A stretch of 64,000 nt of DNA from Desulfosoma sp. (GCA_037481835.1 JBBFKW010000016.1:55502-119501), one strand, 5' to 3'. Counted from the stretch's first letter, positions 9,850 to 20,648 are shown. Notes: generated from the sequence alone by a model not told the origin. Made by a program: numbers and translations.

Positions 9850-11088
9850 CTAGCGTTCCTTCCAGGCCTTCAGGGGGTAAATGGGCGCGTTTTCCGCATG
9901 CTCCTTGGGGCCGACGATCTTCACATGGCCTCCTTGGATTTGAATGGTCAGCGGGGTCAGGCCCACGTTGGCGTGATAGTATTCCCCTTCGTCGGCGAAG
10001 TTGATCTTCCCGTAAAAGGTGTCGATATCCAGCTGTTCAAGGGCCTTAACCAGCGCCTCGCGTTCTTCTTCGGACAAGGGCGGTGTGGCCTTGATCTTCT
10101 GGACGGCTGCCTGGAAGGCAATGCCAGCTGCCGAAGACCCCGCTTGGGTGTAATCGGCGGGGACGTTAAAGGCCTTCAAGGCCGCCTGGGCATAAGTCGG
10201 AGCATCCGGCCAAATGAGGGTTCCGTGCGTCTTCAGGCTCCCCGTCCAGACGGATCCCCCGAAAACCCCTTCCGCGTCCTTTCCCAAGGCTTCGATGAAG
10301 GCAGGCTCCGTCACGCCGTAGTGCATCAAGAGGGCTTTGGGCGTGTAGTCGATTTGGCGGAGAGCCTTGACGAGGTTAATGAGTTCTTCATCGTGGCCGC
10401 CGAAGGCGATGAGGTCCGGCCGCGTGGCCTTGGCCACCGACATGTAGGGCGTGAGGTCTTGGCCCGCCGGGACGATGTCGAACTTCAAGACCTTGATGCC
10501 TCGGGCTTCGGCGGCGGCCTTGAAGGCTTCCGCGGTCGCTTTGGAAAAGGCGTCGTTGGATCCCAAGATAATGGCCGTTTTCGGTGCCGGATCAAGGGTC
10601 ATAAGGGTTTCGATGGGCACGGACCCCGTGTAGTTGACCGGCGGGATGGTCCCGAAAGTGTAGCGGAACTTCTGCCGCCAAATGAGCGGCGATTCGGCGG
10701 ATCCGGTGATCATCGGGATGCGGTACTTTTCCAATACGGGGGCGCAGGCAAGGGTGACCCCGGAAGAGTATGGCCCCAGGACGAAGTCGACCTTTTCCTG
10801 TGTTGCCAGGCGTTCTGCGGCAGACGCCCCGACGGCGGGTTCCGATTGGGCGTCGGCGTAGAAAAGCTTTACGGGGTATTTCTTCCCGTCGATTTCGATC
10901 CCGCCCTGCTCGTTGACTGCCTGGGCCCACAAATCGTAGCCGCGCTTGGTCACGTTGCCGCCTGTGGCCAAGTCCCCGGAAAGGGAAGTGATGACCCCGA
11001 TCTTGAAAAAGTCCCGGGTTTCTTCGGCGCCGACGGAGCCGATAAAAGCGCAAACGAGGACGAGGCAAAAAACCAAAACTCTTTTCAT
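9850..11088 (-). CDS. livK: Liv-type ABC transporter periplasmic binding protein
   Basis: Signal peptide, KIGVITSLSG, VNEQGGI, DFVLGPYSS. Confidence 0.9.
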   Translation of the reverse strand: MKRVLVFCLVLVCAFIGSVGAEETRDFFKIGVITSLSGDLATGGNVTKRGYDLWAQAVNEQGGIEIDGKKYPVKLFYADAQSEPAVGASAAERLATQEKVDFVLGPYSSGVTLACAPVLEKYRIPMITGSAESPLIWRQKFRYTFGTIPPVNYTGSVPIETLMTLDPAPKTAIILGSNDAFSKATAEAFKAAAEARGIKVLKFDIVPAGQDLTPYMSVAKATRPDLIAFGGHDEELINLVKALRQIDYTPKALLMHYGVTEPAFIEALGKDAEGVFGGSVWTGSLKTHGTLIWPDAPTYAQAALKAFNVPADYTQAGSSAAGIAFQAAVQKIKATPPLSEEEREALVKALEQLDIDTFYGKINFADEGEYYHANVGLTPLTIQIQGGHVKIVGPKEHAENAPIYPLKAWKER

Positions 11089-11153
11089 GGAACGCCTCCT
11101 GTGCCGTTAAGGGGAAAACCTCTCAACCATCCCATGACCATTCACTTAAATGA

Positions 11154-11169
11154 AGCAACATCCATACCG
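11154..11169 (-). promoter_or_regulatory. Sigma54 (-24/-12) promoter for the liv operon
   Basis: Minus strand CGGTATGGATGTTGCT: GG-N10-GC with TTGC, about 65 nt upstream of livK. Confidence 0.65.
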
Positions 11170-11250
11170 GGAAACATGAGGGCCACGATCGGTTTTTCCC
11201 ATAAGGATGCCTTACCGCAGCCGGTCGGCCCCCTTTCCGCAATCTATGCA

Positions 11251-13131
11251 TTAGGGCATAGGGCTGTTCAGTCTTTGGGGGCGGTCCGATCCCAGGCCGT
11301 ATTTTTTCATTTTTCGGGACACCGTGGACTGGTTGATGCCCAGCTTTCTCGCAACGGTCCACTGCGAGCCGTAGGTTTCCAGGGCCCTGGTCAGAATGCG
11401 GTATTCGGCGGCTTCCAGGAGGGCTTTGAGAGAGGTGCCTTCCAGGGGGATCTCTTCGGCCCCTTCCCGGTCCCCTGGGCGGCACACGACGTTTTGGGGC
11501 AAATCGTCCAGCCGGATAGGGTTGTTTTCGCACATCACCGCAAGACGCTCGCACAGGTTGACCAGTTCTCGGACGTTTCCCGGATAGTCGTAGGCGGTGA
11601 GCGCATCCGCCGCCTCCCGGCTCAATCGAAGGGCCGGCTTTTGGAGTTTGGTGCAAAAACGTTCCAGATAGTGCTGAAGCATGGGAAAGATGCACTCCCG
11701 CCGTTCCCGCAAGGGGGGGATCCACAAGGGGATGACGTTCAGGCGGTAATAGAGGTCCTTTCGGAATTCACCTCGATCAACCATGGCAGCCAGGTCTCGG
11801 TTCGTGGCAGCAAGGATGCGCACATCCAACTTGCGGCTCGTGGTCCCGCCGACCCGGGTGATTCGCCCGTCTTCCAAAAAGCGCAGGAGTTTCACTTGGG
11901 ACGCTAGGGGCAGTTCGGAAACTTCATCCAGAAGAAGGGTTCCTCCGTCGGCCGCCTCGAAATAGCCGGGCTTGCCGCTCTGGCGGGCTCCGGTAAAGGC
12001 GCCGCGTTCGTAGCCGAAAAGTTCCGCCTCGATGAGGGTTTCCGGAATGGCACCGCAGTTGATGCGAATCATGGGGTGCTGGGCGCGGGGAGAAAACTTG
12101 TGGATAATGTCCGCAATCAGGCCCTTGCCAACGCCGGATTCGCCATGGAGGAGCACGGTGGAGTCGACGGCGCTCACCTTCAAGGCTTGGTGCAACACGT
12201 TGACCATGGCAGGGCTTCGCGCGATGATCTCATGGTCGTGAAGGCGCGCCAGCTGCATGTCCACGATCTGGTTTTTGTATTGGTCCTTGAGGGCTTTTTC
12301 CTGTTCGAGGCTCTTGTAGAGGGCGTCGATTTCCGTGATGTCCCGTTCGTTGACGACGATGAGGGACAATCGACCGCTCTCGTCAAAGACGGGGCTTCCG
12401 GTAAGCATGAGTTTGCGGCCATTTCGGGTGTTTTGAAGGAGGTTGACGACGCGGCCCGTGCGGATGACTTCCAAGGTGGCCGAACAATCCACAAGGCCTT
12501 CTTCCACCAGCTGCCGCATGTTCCGGCCCACCACATCCTGGGCCTTCAGGGCATTAAGGCGTTCCGAGGCGCGGTTGATCCGCAGAACGGTTCCCTCGCC
12601 GTCACAAATCCAGAGCCCGTCGTAGGAGGAGTCGATGATGGCGTCCAGTTCGCGGGAAAGGTTCTGGTAGGACAACAGGGCGCGGGTCACGTCCTCCAAT
12701 TGCAGGCTGTTTTGGAAATGGCACAAGACACCCGGACCGAAGGGGGGACTTTCGAGGGGGCTGATGCGCACCATATAGCGAATTGCGCGGGCATCCTGAA
12801 TACATCCATACCGAACGGCGCCGTCCCTCAGCGTGGCGGACGCTTCGTGCCACACAGCCGGAAAGATCGTTTCAAGATTCGCTCCTTCGGCGATCCCTAG
12901 AAGTTCCCGGCAGGCTTTGTTGACCACGGTGATCGTCTTGGAGGGGTTTGCGGCCAAAAGAGGGTCCCCCATGGCGTCCAAGAGCCGCATGCCGAGGTCG
13001 TCCCAAGGGCGGTCGGATTCCTTTTCCGTCGGTACGTGGGAAAAATATGCTTTCGCCGAGGCCTCCACCACCGTGCGCTCCATCTGGAAGGAAGAAATCG
13101 TCCTTATCAAGTCCGCTCTGGCCCATGCCAT
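11251..13131 (-). CDS. PAS-domain sigma54-dependent transcriptional activator (start uncertain)
   Basis: PAS regions, GESGVGK, ELFGYERGAFTGA, FRKDLYYRLNV, PGNVREL, C-terminal HTH. Confidence 0.92.
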   Translation of the reverse strand: MAWARADLIRTISSFQMERTVVEASAKAYFSHVPTEKESDRPWDDLGMRLLDAMGDPLLAANPSKTITVVNKACRELLGIAEGANLETIFPAVWHEASATLRDGAVRYGCIQDARAIRYMVRISPLESPPFGPGVLCHFQNSLQLEDVTRALLSYQNLSRELDAIIDSSYDGLWICDGEGTVLRINRASERLNALKAQDVVGRNMRQLVEEGLVDCSATLEVIRTGRVVNLLQNTRNGRKLMLTGSPVFDESGRLSLIVVNERDITEIDALYKSLEQEKALKDQYKNQIVDMQLARLHDHEIIARSPAMVNVLHQALKVSAVDSTVLLHGESGVGKGLIADIIHKFSPRAQHPMIRINCGAIPETLIEAELFGYERGAFTGARQSGKPGYFEAADGGTLLLDEVSELPLASQVKLLRFLEDGRITRVGGTTSRKLDVRILAATNRDLAAMVDRGEFRKDLYYRLNVIPLWIPPLRERRECIFPMLQHYLERFCTKLQKPALRLSREAADALTAYDYPGNVRELVNLCERLAVMCENNPIRLDDLPQNVVCRPGDREGAEEIPLEGTSLKALLEAAEYRILTRALETYGSQWTVARKLGINQSTVSRKMKKYGLGSDRPQRLNSPMP

Positions 13132-13244
13132 ATCGCATAGCCTATGCCGAAGCGCATGGTCAAGCCTGGTGTGTGGGGACGTTTCTTGCAGCGCCTTTTG
13201 CGCTTGACTGGCCTAGGCCTTCAGGCATGGCGAGCGGCGAGTAT

Positions 13245-13260
13245 TGGTATGCTCCTTGTT
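13245..13260 (+). promoter_or_regulatory. Possible sigma54 promoter for gabT-aor
   Basis: TGGTATGCTCCTTGTT: GG-N10-GT (the -12 C is replaced by T), 60 nt upstream of the gabT ATG. Confidence 0.4.
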
Positions 13261-13319
13261 AGGTGAGCGGTTCGGCACCTTTTCCGTTGCACGATCCTGC
13301 CTTGAGAAAGGAGTTCAGC

Positions 13320-14624
13320 ATGACCGGATTGTCAAGCGCTCTAATCGAAAGAAGAAACCGCAACGTTCCTCAGGGACCTTTCAATGTGACGCCGGCTTTC
13401 ATCAAAGAAGCCCGAGGGGCCGTCTTGATCGACGTGGATGGCCGGGAACTCATCGACTTTGCAGGCGGCATTGGTGTCATGAATGTCGGCCATTCCCATC
13501 CCAAGGTGGTGGCCGCCTTGAAGGATCAGGCGGAGAAGTTCACGCACACCTGTTTTCACGTGGCCATGTATGAACCCTACGTGGCGCTTGCCGAACGGTT
13601 GAATGCTCTGGCCCCGGGCGATTTTTCCAAGATGACCCTCTTTGCCAACAGCGGTGCGGAGGCGGTGGAAAACGCGGTCAAAATCGCTCGATACGCGACG
13701 CAAAGGCCGGCCGTCATTTGCTTTGAAAACGGCTTTCACGGTCGAACGCTGCTCACCATGACGCTGACCAGCAAGGTCAAACCCTACAAGCTGGGTTTCG
13801 GGCCCTTCGCTCCGGAAGTCTATCGCATGCCCTATGCCTACTGTTACCGATGTCCGTTCCGTCTGCATTACCCCGGCTGCGACGTTGCCTGCGCCGATTA
13901 CCTTGAAGAGTTTTTCATCTCCCATGTGGCTGCGGAATGCACGGCGGCCGTCATCGCCGAACCCATTCAGGGAGAGGGGGGATTTGTCACGCCACCTCCG
14001 GAATATTTCGCCAAACTTCAAAGGATTTGCCAAAAATATGGCATCCTGCTTATCATCGACGAAGTCCAATCGGCCATGGGCCGCACGGGAAAACTCTTCG
14101 CCATCGAACACTGGGGCGTCGTTCCCGACCTGATGACCCTCGCCAAGAGCTTGGCGGCGGGCATGCCGTTGAGCGCCGTGGTCGGTCGGGCCGAACTCAT
14201 GAACAAACCCCACGTGGGCGGCCTGGGCGGCACCTACGGCGGGAACCCTCTGGGATGCCGGGCGGCTCTGGCCGTGCTGGAAATCCTCTTGGACGACGGC
14301 CTGCTCAAGACGGCCGAAGCCTTGGGCGCAAAGGTCCGAAGCGCCTTCAACCGGTTGCAGGAGTCCTACGAAATCATCGGGGATGTGCGGGGCAAGGGGC
14401 CCATGCTCGCCATGGAACTGGTCCGGGACCGGGAAACCAAGGAACCGGCGACGGACGAGGCCAAGAAACTTGTGAATCTCTGCTACCAAAAAGGGCTTGT
14501 GCTGCTTAGCTGCGGCAATTTCGGAAATGTCATCCGAACCCTGATGCCTCTCGTGATCACCGATGAACAATTGGATCGGGGCATGGCCATCTTGGAAGAA
14601 TCCTTGAGGGAACTGACCCGTTGA
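13320..14624 (+). CDS. gabT: Class III PLP aminotransferase, 4-aminobutyrate/5-aminovalerate type
   Basis: IDFAGGIGVMNVGH, NSGAEAVENAVK, FHGRT, EPIQGEGG, DEVQ, AKSLAAGMPLS, GGTYGGNP; AAGGAG RBS. Confidence 0.9.
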   Translation: MTGLSSALIERRNRNVPQGPFNVTPAFIKEARGAVLIDVDGRELIDFAGGIGVMNVGHSHPKVVAALKDQAEKFTHTCFHVAMYEPYVALAERLNALAPGDFSKMTLFANSGAEAVENAVKIARYATQRPAVICFENGFHGRTLLTMTLTSKVKPYKLGFGPFAPEVYRMPYAYCYRCPFRLHYPGCDVACADYLEEFFISHVAAECTAAVIAEPIQGEGGFVTPPPEYFAKLQRICQKYGILLIIDEVQSAMGRTGKLFAIEHWGVVPDLMTLAKSLAAGMPLSAVVGRAELMNKPHVGGLGGTYGGNPLGCRAALAVLEILLDDGLLKTAEALGAKVRSAFNRLQESYEIIGDVRGKGPMLAMELVRDRETKEPATDEAKKLVNLCYQKGLVLLSCGNFGNVIRTLMPLVITDEQLDRGMAILEESLRELTR

Positions 14625-14692
14625 AGACCCAAGGGTCTGAATGAAATATGGGAACGGCATTAGATGGCTTCGGGCAAGTAAAAGGGGGGCGT

Positions 14693-16447
14693 ATGAAAGG
14701 GTTTTTCGGCCGCTATCTCGTGATTGATGTGAAGGAGACCCGGTGGGACGTGGTGCCGCTGGACGAGGCGCTTCTTCGCCGCAGTCTTGGAGGAAAGGGG
14801 CTGGCCACCCGGTTGCTTTTGGAAAGAAACCCCGCAGGGGTCGATCCCCTGTCGCCCGACAACCACCTCATCTTTGCCCTGGGTCCGGCAAGTGATACGG
14901 CCGTCTACGGCTCCTGCCGGCACGGGATCTTTGCCAAATCCCCCCTGACGGGGTTTTACGGCGAGTCCTATTCCGGAGGGCGGGTGGCCATTCCCATGAG
15001 CCGCACGGGTTACGACGCCATAGTGATCCGAGGGGCGTCCGCATCTCCCGTGTGGCTTGAAATTTCGGATATGGAGGTGCGCTTCCACGACGCCTCCGAC
15101 CTGTGGGGCCTGGACACCTTTGAGACGGAAGACCGCGTGCTGGAAAGAGCCGGAATGGACGGGGCGGGCGCCGTGGTCATCGGTCCTGCCGGGGAAAATT
15201 TGGTCCGCTACGCCGTTGTGGAAAACGACTACTGGCGGTCGGCGGGACGCTGCGGCATGGGGGCGGTCCTCGGATCCAAGAAGATCAAAGCCGTGGTGTT
15301 TCACGGCACGCGATCGCGGCCGGTGGCCGATGAAGAAGGCATCAAGACCTACGCTCGAGAAATGGTCAAGAATCTTAAGGACCACAAGGCGACCCAGGCG
15401 TACCGCACCCACGGCACGCCCATGATGGTGGCTTTGCTCAACACGGTGGGAGGGTTCCCCACCCGGTACTGGGCCAAAGGCACCTTCGAACATTGGAAGA
15501 AAATCAGCGCCGAAATCCTGGTGGATCGGTTGGGGGCACGCCCCAAGGCGTGCCGCACGTGCTTCATGGGGTGCGGTAAGTATGTGGAAATCCAGGAGGG
15601 CCGCCACAAGGGGCTAAAGATCGAAGGGCCCGAATATGAAACCATTTATGCCTTCGGCGGCCTGTGCGAAATCGATGCGCTGGATGAAATCGCCCACCTG
15701 AACGATCTGTGTGACCGTCTGGGCATGGACACCATCACGGCGGGAAACATGGCGGCCTTTGCCATCGAAGCCTCCCGACGCGGCGTGATCCGCGAGCGGC
15801 TCGATTATGGGGACGTGGACGCCATCGCCGATCTCCTGGTAAAAATCGCCAAACGGGAAGGAATCGGCGATCTCCTTTCCCAGGGAATCCGTCCGGCGGC
15901 CGCGGAGCTCAAGCTGGAAGAGCTGGCCGTGCACGTCAAAGGCTTGGAACCCGCCGGCTATGACCCCCGTGCCCTCAAGGGCATGGGCCTGGCCTACGCG
16001 GTGAGCGACCGCGGAGCATGCCACCTTCGGGCCACATTTTACAAAGCCGAACTGGCCGGGTTGATCGATCCCCAAAAGATCGAAGGGAAAGCCGAGCTTT
16101 TTTTGGATTTCGAAGACCGATGCACGCTCTTTGACTGCCTTGTCCTGTGCCGTTTCTACAGGGATTTTTACCCTTGGGAGGAGCTTGCTAAGATCATTGA
16201 ACTGACCACGGGCGAACACATGGAAAAGGCCGATCTGCAGAAGATCGCCTCCTTTGTTGTGGACAGTGCGCGCCAATTCAATCTGCGGGAAGGTCTGACC
16301 GCGGCCGACGATCGCCTTCCCCGAAGGCTTCTCGAGGAGCCTTTGGAAGACGGCCGACGCATCACCCAAGAAGAAATGCAGCGGCTCGTCCAAGATTATT
16401 ATCGGCTCAGAGGCTGGAATTCCCAAGGCGTGCCGTCCGTGACATAG
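14693..16447 (+). CDS. aor: Tungsten-dependent aldehyde:ferredoxin oxidoreductase family protein
   Basis: KSPLTG, GPAGENLV, AGRCGMGAVLGSKKIKA, CRTCFMGC, EGPEYET, DRLGMDTI, RGACH. Confidence 0.92.
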   Translation: MKGFFGRYLVIDVKETRWDVVPLDEALLRRSLGGKGLATRLLLERNPAGVDPLSPDNHLIFALGPASDTAVYGSCRHGIFAKSPLTGFYGESYSGGRVAIPMSRTGYDAIVIRGASASPVWLEISDMEVRFHDASDLWGLDTFETEDRVLERAGMDGAGAVVIGPAGENLVRYAVVENDYWRSAGRCGMGAVLGSKKIKAVVFHGTRSRPVADEEGIKTYAREMVKNLKDHKATQAYRTHGTPMMVALLNTVGGFPTRYWAKGTFEHWKKISAEILVDRLGARPKACRTCFMGCGKYVEIQEGRHKGLKIEGPEYETIYAFGGLCEIDALDEIAHLNDLCDRLGMDTITAGNMAAFAIEASRRGVIRERLDYGDVDAIADLLVKIAKREGIGDLLSQGIRPAAAELKLEELAVHVKGLEPAGYDPRALKGMGLAYAVSDRGACHLRATFYKAELAGLIDPQKIEGKAELFLDFEDRCTLFDCLVLCRFYRDFYPWEELAKIIELTTGEHMEKADLQKIASFVVDSARQFNLREGLTAADDRLPRRLLEEPLEDGRRITQEEMQRLVQDYYRLRGWNSQGVPSVT

Positions 16448-17149
16448 GGCAAACCCATGGATGACCATAGTAAAAGGATTTAAACCTTGCCATCACGGGG
16501 GCTGTTCCTAGGACCAAACGACAAAGTTTCTTTCAAGGTCGCCAGAATCCAGGGACAAATAAAGCACTGGCGAAATTCGAGAGAATGACTGGGCGATATA
16601 TATGGGGAATTTCCCCCGTAAAAAACCGTCATCAGGATATTCCCGCTCACTATATCAACACCAGTCGTCAGTTGATGGCTTGGATCGTCAACGTGTACAG
16701 CATGCGGCGTTTTATAACTTTTGCAGGCTCCGCCTGTTCTCACAAGATAAATATCCCTGCAACAGCACAGGTTGGAAAATTCGGAAACCTTGGCTGTCAT
16801 GCTGACAGGCATGTATCTGACGAAGGATATTTTGCAAAAAACTATAAATGGTGCCGACATTCTAGCCAACGCTGGCGGGGCCTGCGTATCCTATTTCGAA
16901 GCGATTCAAAATGTTCGTCAGCTTTTACAGACAGAAAGCGATACCAACGCGTCCATCAAATCAAGAAAAGAGCCTTTCAAGGAGGCTGCACTGTCACTAT
17001 TCGGGGAAAAGTATGCATTTGTACGGCTGCCCACATACGCCATTCAGCACGTGGTGTGAGCGAAAAAGCCGCGAGGGACGTTTTCGTGGCAATGGCATAG
17101 GCGCTCTACTTTGTTGATCTCTCAGTGTCATCCAAAAGAGGAGAGCATT

Positions 17150-17647
17150 ATGAAATCAGGACTACCAATCGAATTGGTCGTTCCGGTGCTGGCCGCACTA
17201 TCGTGCCTTTTAATGAAGGTGGGAGGAGGCCTTCCTGTTTGGGCGGTCTTTCTTGGATGGGCGTGGTATTTTGCTATGGGAGCCACTCCCTCGATTTTAA
17301 AAAAGATTTATCCCGCAGTGATACCTGGATCAGTTCTTGGCGGGCTCTGTCTTTGGCTCATTGGAGCACTGCACAATCTAGGAATTGGGGGCATGCCCGG
17401 CATTATGCTGGCAGTGTTCGTTACCGTATTTATTCTCATGCTTTTCCTGAGGATACCATTAACCAGTGCCGGTCTTCCTGCTTTTAATGCCTACTCTACT
17501 GTGTTTGCGCTTTATGCTATTCCCAATGGATTTCCTTCTATTGGGGGCAACCCGATTTTAGGCTGTATCGTTTGGGGTATGATAGCCAATTTTCTCGGTC
17601 CTGTGTTCGGTTTTTTAAGTATTTATTTATTGTTCAAGAAAGAATGA
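17150..17647 (+). CDS. DUF1097 family membrane protein (possible transporter)
   Basis: Very hydrophobic 165 aa; LPVWAVFLGWAWYFAMG resembles the DUF1097 pattern; GAGGAG RBS. Confidence 0.65.
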   Translation: MKSGLPIELVVPVLAALSCLLMKVGGGLPVWAVFLGWAWYFAMGATPSILKKIYPAVIPGSVLGGLCLWLIGALHNLGIGGMPGIMLAVFVTVFILMLFLRIPLTSAGLPAFNAYSTVFALYAIPNGFPSIGGNPILGCIVWGMIANFLGPVFGFLSIYLLFKKE

Positions 17648-17720
17648 TGGTCTATAAAAGTCCTTTGTGCTTCGTCGATGCTTTCCATTTTGTTTTTCCG
17701 CAAAGGCTAGGAGTATGTCC

Positions 17721-18473
17721 ATGAAAGTAGATATTAACGCTGATGTTGGAGAAAGTTTCGGTCTCTATCGTATGGGTAATGACGAAGAATTTATGCAGTA
17801 CATCACAAGTGCCAATGTTGCCTGTGGGTTTCATGCCGGGGATGCCACCGTCATGCATAGGACCGTGCTCCTGGCAAAGAAATACGGTGTACAGATCGGT
17901 GCTCACCCGGGGTTGCCCGACCGCCAAGGGTTTGGCCGACGTGAGATGAACTGCAGCATTGAGGAAATTTATGACGACGTTATGTATCAGGTTGGAGCGT
18001 TGAAGGCTTTCGTTGAAGCTTCGGGAATGAGATTGCATCATGTGAAGCCTCACGGCTCACTCTATGGCATGGCCAATCGTCGGGCTGAAGTTGCTGAAGC
18101 CATTTGCCAAGTGATCCTTGATGTCGACCCGAAAATGTATTTCTACACGATGAAAAAAGGCCTTGTTGGACAAGTTGCCCGGAAGATGGGCGTGCGGGTT
18201 GTGTTCGAGCTCTATGGAGATTTGGAATACGACCCCGAAGGGAATCTCGTCATTACAAGGCATCATGAGGCTCAGAAACCCAATGCCGTTGCCGCTAAAG
18301 TTCTAAAAATGGTGCAGCACGGCAGAGTTACGGCGACGGACGGGAGCGAAATTGCCATTGAAGGGAGTTCCGTGTGTCTCCACTCGGATACGCCGGACGC
18401 AGTTGAGATTCTCAGGGCTGTGAACCAGGGCCTAAGGGAAGCAGGCTTTTTACTAGAATCTCCTCCTCTATAA
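17721..18473 (+). CDS. pxpA: LamB/YcsF family protein (5-oxoprolinase subunit A-like)
   Basis: DINADVGESFG, SANVACGFHAGD, GAHPG.PD..GFGRR, HVKPHGSLY, CLHSDTP. Confidence 0.93.
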   Translation: MKVDINADVGESFGLYRMGNDEEFMQYITSANVACGFHAGDATVMHRTVLLAKKYGVQIGAHPGLPDRQGFGRREMNCSIEEIYDDVMYQVGALKAFVEASGMRLHHVKPHGSLYGMANRRAEVAEAICQVILDVDPKMYFYTMKKGLVGQVARKMGVRVVFELYGDLEYDPEGNLVITRHHEAQKPNAVAAKVLKMVQHGRVTATDGSEIAIEGSSVCLHSDTPDAVEILRAVNQGLREAGFLLESPPL

Positions 18474-18647
18474 GTAGGGGATCAACCCGCTTGGATCGCC
18501 TCATGCTGAACCGATTATTCCACGTGAGGACATGCATAAGCACGGTAATGTCCTTTGCAGCTAAAGGTGCCCCACAGAAAGCGTGTTTTAAATGATGGAA
18601 ATTGAATTAAAGATTGTAAACATTCTGTAGACGGGAGGATGACGATT

Positions 18648-19634
18648 ATGAGCAGGGGAAAATATCACGTCATACTCGATACGATGCCCGAAACTCCATC
18701 GAGGTTGGAAATCCTTTTCCGACAGGCTGGAGATGGTTTCCTGCAGGTGGAATATGGACGGGAGCCGCGCGCTGCCCTACAGGATTCCTTTAGAATTTTG
18801 GCGGTGAATGACATCATCCGCGATAAAAAAATCAAAGGGCTTATTGAAACAGTTCCTGGACTTCGAACAAATCTTTTTCACTACGATCCTGAGATTTTGT
18901 CAGTCAAAGAGCTAATTGAGCAAATTAAAGAAGCTGAAGATTCAATGCCGACCATCGATGATGTTGTTTTGAATTCCAGATTGATTCATCTTCCCATAGC
19001 TTTCGAAGACAGCGAGACGAAAAAAGCGGTTGAAAAATATGTGAGAGAAGTGAGGCCGGACGCGCCTAATGTCATAAACGGATACAATCTTGAGTATATC
19101 GCTCTTTGTAATGGGGTAACGGTGGAGGAAGCGAAAGGAATGATTTTGGGTACGGAATGGTTTAACAGCGGATGTGGTTTTTGGCCCGGAGGGGCATTCC
19201 TATGGCCCATGGATCCGCGGTGCGCATTGGTGGTCCCCAAATACAATCCCCCCCGAACATGGACCCCGGAAGGCGCCGTGGGGATCGGTGGACCTTGCGT
19301 GTTTACTTACACGACACCGACGGGCGGTGGGTATCAGCTTTTCGGACGGACAATCCCGACATTTCAATTCGCCTGTAAACACCCGATTTTCAAAAACGGC
19401 CCATTCCTCTATCGACCGGCGGACCGCGTGAAATTCCATGAGGTTAGTGAGCAGGAGGTGCTGAATATTTTTGAACATGTCCATGATAAAACGGACTATA
19501 TATATCAGATCGAAGAAGGGCAGGTGGTTGCCAAAGATTACCTGAAATGGGTACAAAGCGAAGATGTTCAGAAAGGTGTTGAGCAATTAAAGGCAAAACA
19601 GGCCGAGGGTGTGAGAAAAGCTCCGCGGCTTTAG
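18648..19634 (+). CDS. Urea carboxylase-like carboxyltransferase C/D subunit (AHS1/PxpB family, long form)
   Basis: RQAGDGFLQVEYG, LPIAFED...VEKYVREVRPDAP, PKYNPPRTWTPEGAVGIGG, GGYQLFGRT. Confidence 0.85.
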   Translation: MSRGKYHVILDTMPETPSRLEILFRQAGDGFLQVEYGREPRAALQDSFRILAVNDIIRDKKIKGLIETVPGLRTNLFHYDPEILSVKELIEQIKEAEDSMPTIDDVVLNSRLIHLPIAFEDSETKKAVEKYVREVRPDAPNVINGYNLEYIALCNGVTVEEAKGMILGTEWFNSGCGFWPGGAFLWPMDPRCALVVPKYNPPRTWTPEGAVGIGGPCVFTYTTPTGGGYQLFGRTIPTFQFACKHPIFKNGPFLYRPADRVKFHEVSEQEVLNIFEHVHDKTDYIYQIEEGQVVAKDYLKWVQSEDVQKGVEQLKAKQAEGVRKAPRL

Positions 19635-19664
19635 AAATCTAAAAAAGAGAAAGGAGTTTCATCC

Positions 19665-20648
19665 ATGTTAAAAATTTTGAATCCCGGAATAGAAGTTTTA
19701 GTTGAAGACTGGCCCGGTCGGCTTGGGTATTTGGGTATGGGGATGTCTGCGTCGGGAGCATTTGATAACGTAGCCCTTGGCTTGGGAAATATTCTGGTAG
19801 GAAATCCTCCCGGCGAGGCAGGCTTGGAAATTACGGGCGGTTTCTTGGAAGCCCAGTTCGGGGAGGATACCGTCATTGCCGTGACTGGAACCGATATGCA
19901 ACCGACCCTTAACAATGAACCTTTTCCCATGTGGCAATCGGTTAGAGTGTCTCGAGGAGATGTGATTAGATTCAAGCATATCGGGCCGTACGGGTTTCGA
20001 AGTTATTTGGCCATAGCCGGTGGCATTGATGTGCCGGTATATCTCGGCAGCAAATCTACGTGTATTTTCGGAGGGTACGGCGGCTTTCAAGGGCGCAAGC
20101 TGGCGGCAGGGGACGAGCTCCGATTGGGGAGGCCAAGTGCTTCCTTAAGTGAACTGGCGGATCGAAAGCTTAAGCCTGGGGTGCAGCCGCAATACGAACG
20201 TGAATGGCGACTTCGAGCGATACCCGGACCGAACACGTGCCCTGATTACGTCACCGAAGAAGGGATGGATCTTCTGTTTTCCAAATCCTTCAAGATCAAT
20301 CACAACTCCAATCGTTCTGCCTATCGTCTGGATCCCTTGCCCGACAGCTTCTTTGCTCGGCCTGACGGCGGGGTAGGTGGGAGCCATCCATCCAATATCC
20401 TGGATCATGCTTATGCCATTCGGGGGGCCTTAAATGTTTGCGGAAACACGCCGATTTTGCTCATTGCCGACGGCCCCACCCTCGGCGGTTATATCTGCTG
20501 CCTAAACGTCATTAACGCTGATTTGTGGAAGATTGGCCAGGGTGCTCCCGGTCGTGATTTTATTAAGTTTGACTACGCAGATCAGGAAACGGCGACACAA
20601 GCACGGATAGCTCAGAAGAAGCTTCTCAGTGAGGATTCCTTAGCTTAA
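19665..20648 (+). CDS. Urea carboxylase-like carboxyltransferase A/B subunit (AHS2/PxpC family)
   Basis: VEDWPGRLGY...SGAFD, GFRSYLAIAGGIDVP.YLGSKST, HPSNILDHAY, DGPTLGGY. Confidence 0.88.
   Translation: MLKILNPGIEVLVEDWPGRLGYLGMGMSASGAFDNVALGLGNILVGNPPGEAGLEITGGFLEAQFGEDTVIAVTGTDMQPTLNNEPFPMWQSVRVSRGDVIRFKHIGPYGFRSYLAIAGGIDVPVYLGSKSTCIFGGYGGFQGRKLAAGDELRLGRPSASLSELADRKLKPGVQPQYEREWRLRAIPGPNTCPDYVTEEGMDLLFSKSFKINHNSNRSAYRLDPLPDSFFARPDGGVGGSHPSNILDHAYAIRGALNVCGNTPILLIADGPTLGGYICCLNVINADLWKIGQGAPGRDFIKFDYADQETATQARIAQKKLLSEDSLA

Noticed and set aside
9592..11907. 771-aa plus-strand ORF, and similar long antisense ORFs at 43276-45096, 52081-53817 and 29972-31618
   Set aside because: They lie opposite well-supported genes and are expected shadows in GC-rich DNA; no motifs.
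18474..18647. Guanidine riboswitch or sigma54 promoter upstream of the carboxylase genes
   Set aside because: I could not find guanidine-I/II/III consensus elements here or at 17060-17149. The GG...TTGC candidate has 11-nt rather than 10-nt spacing.
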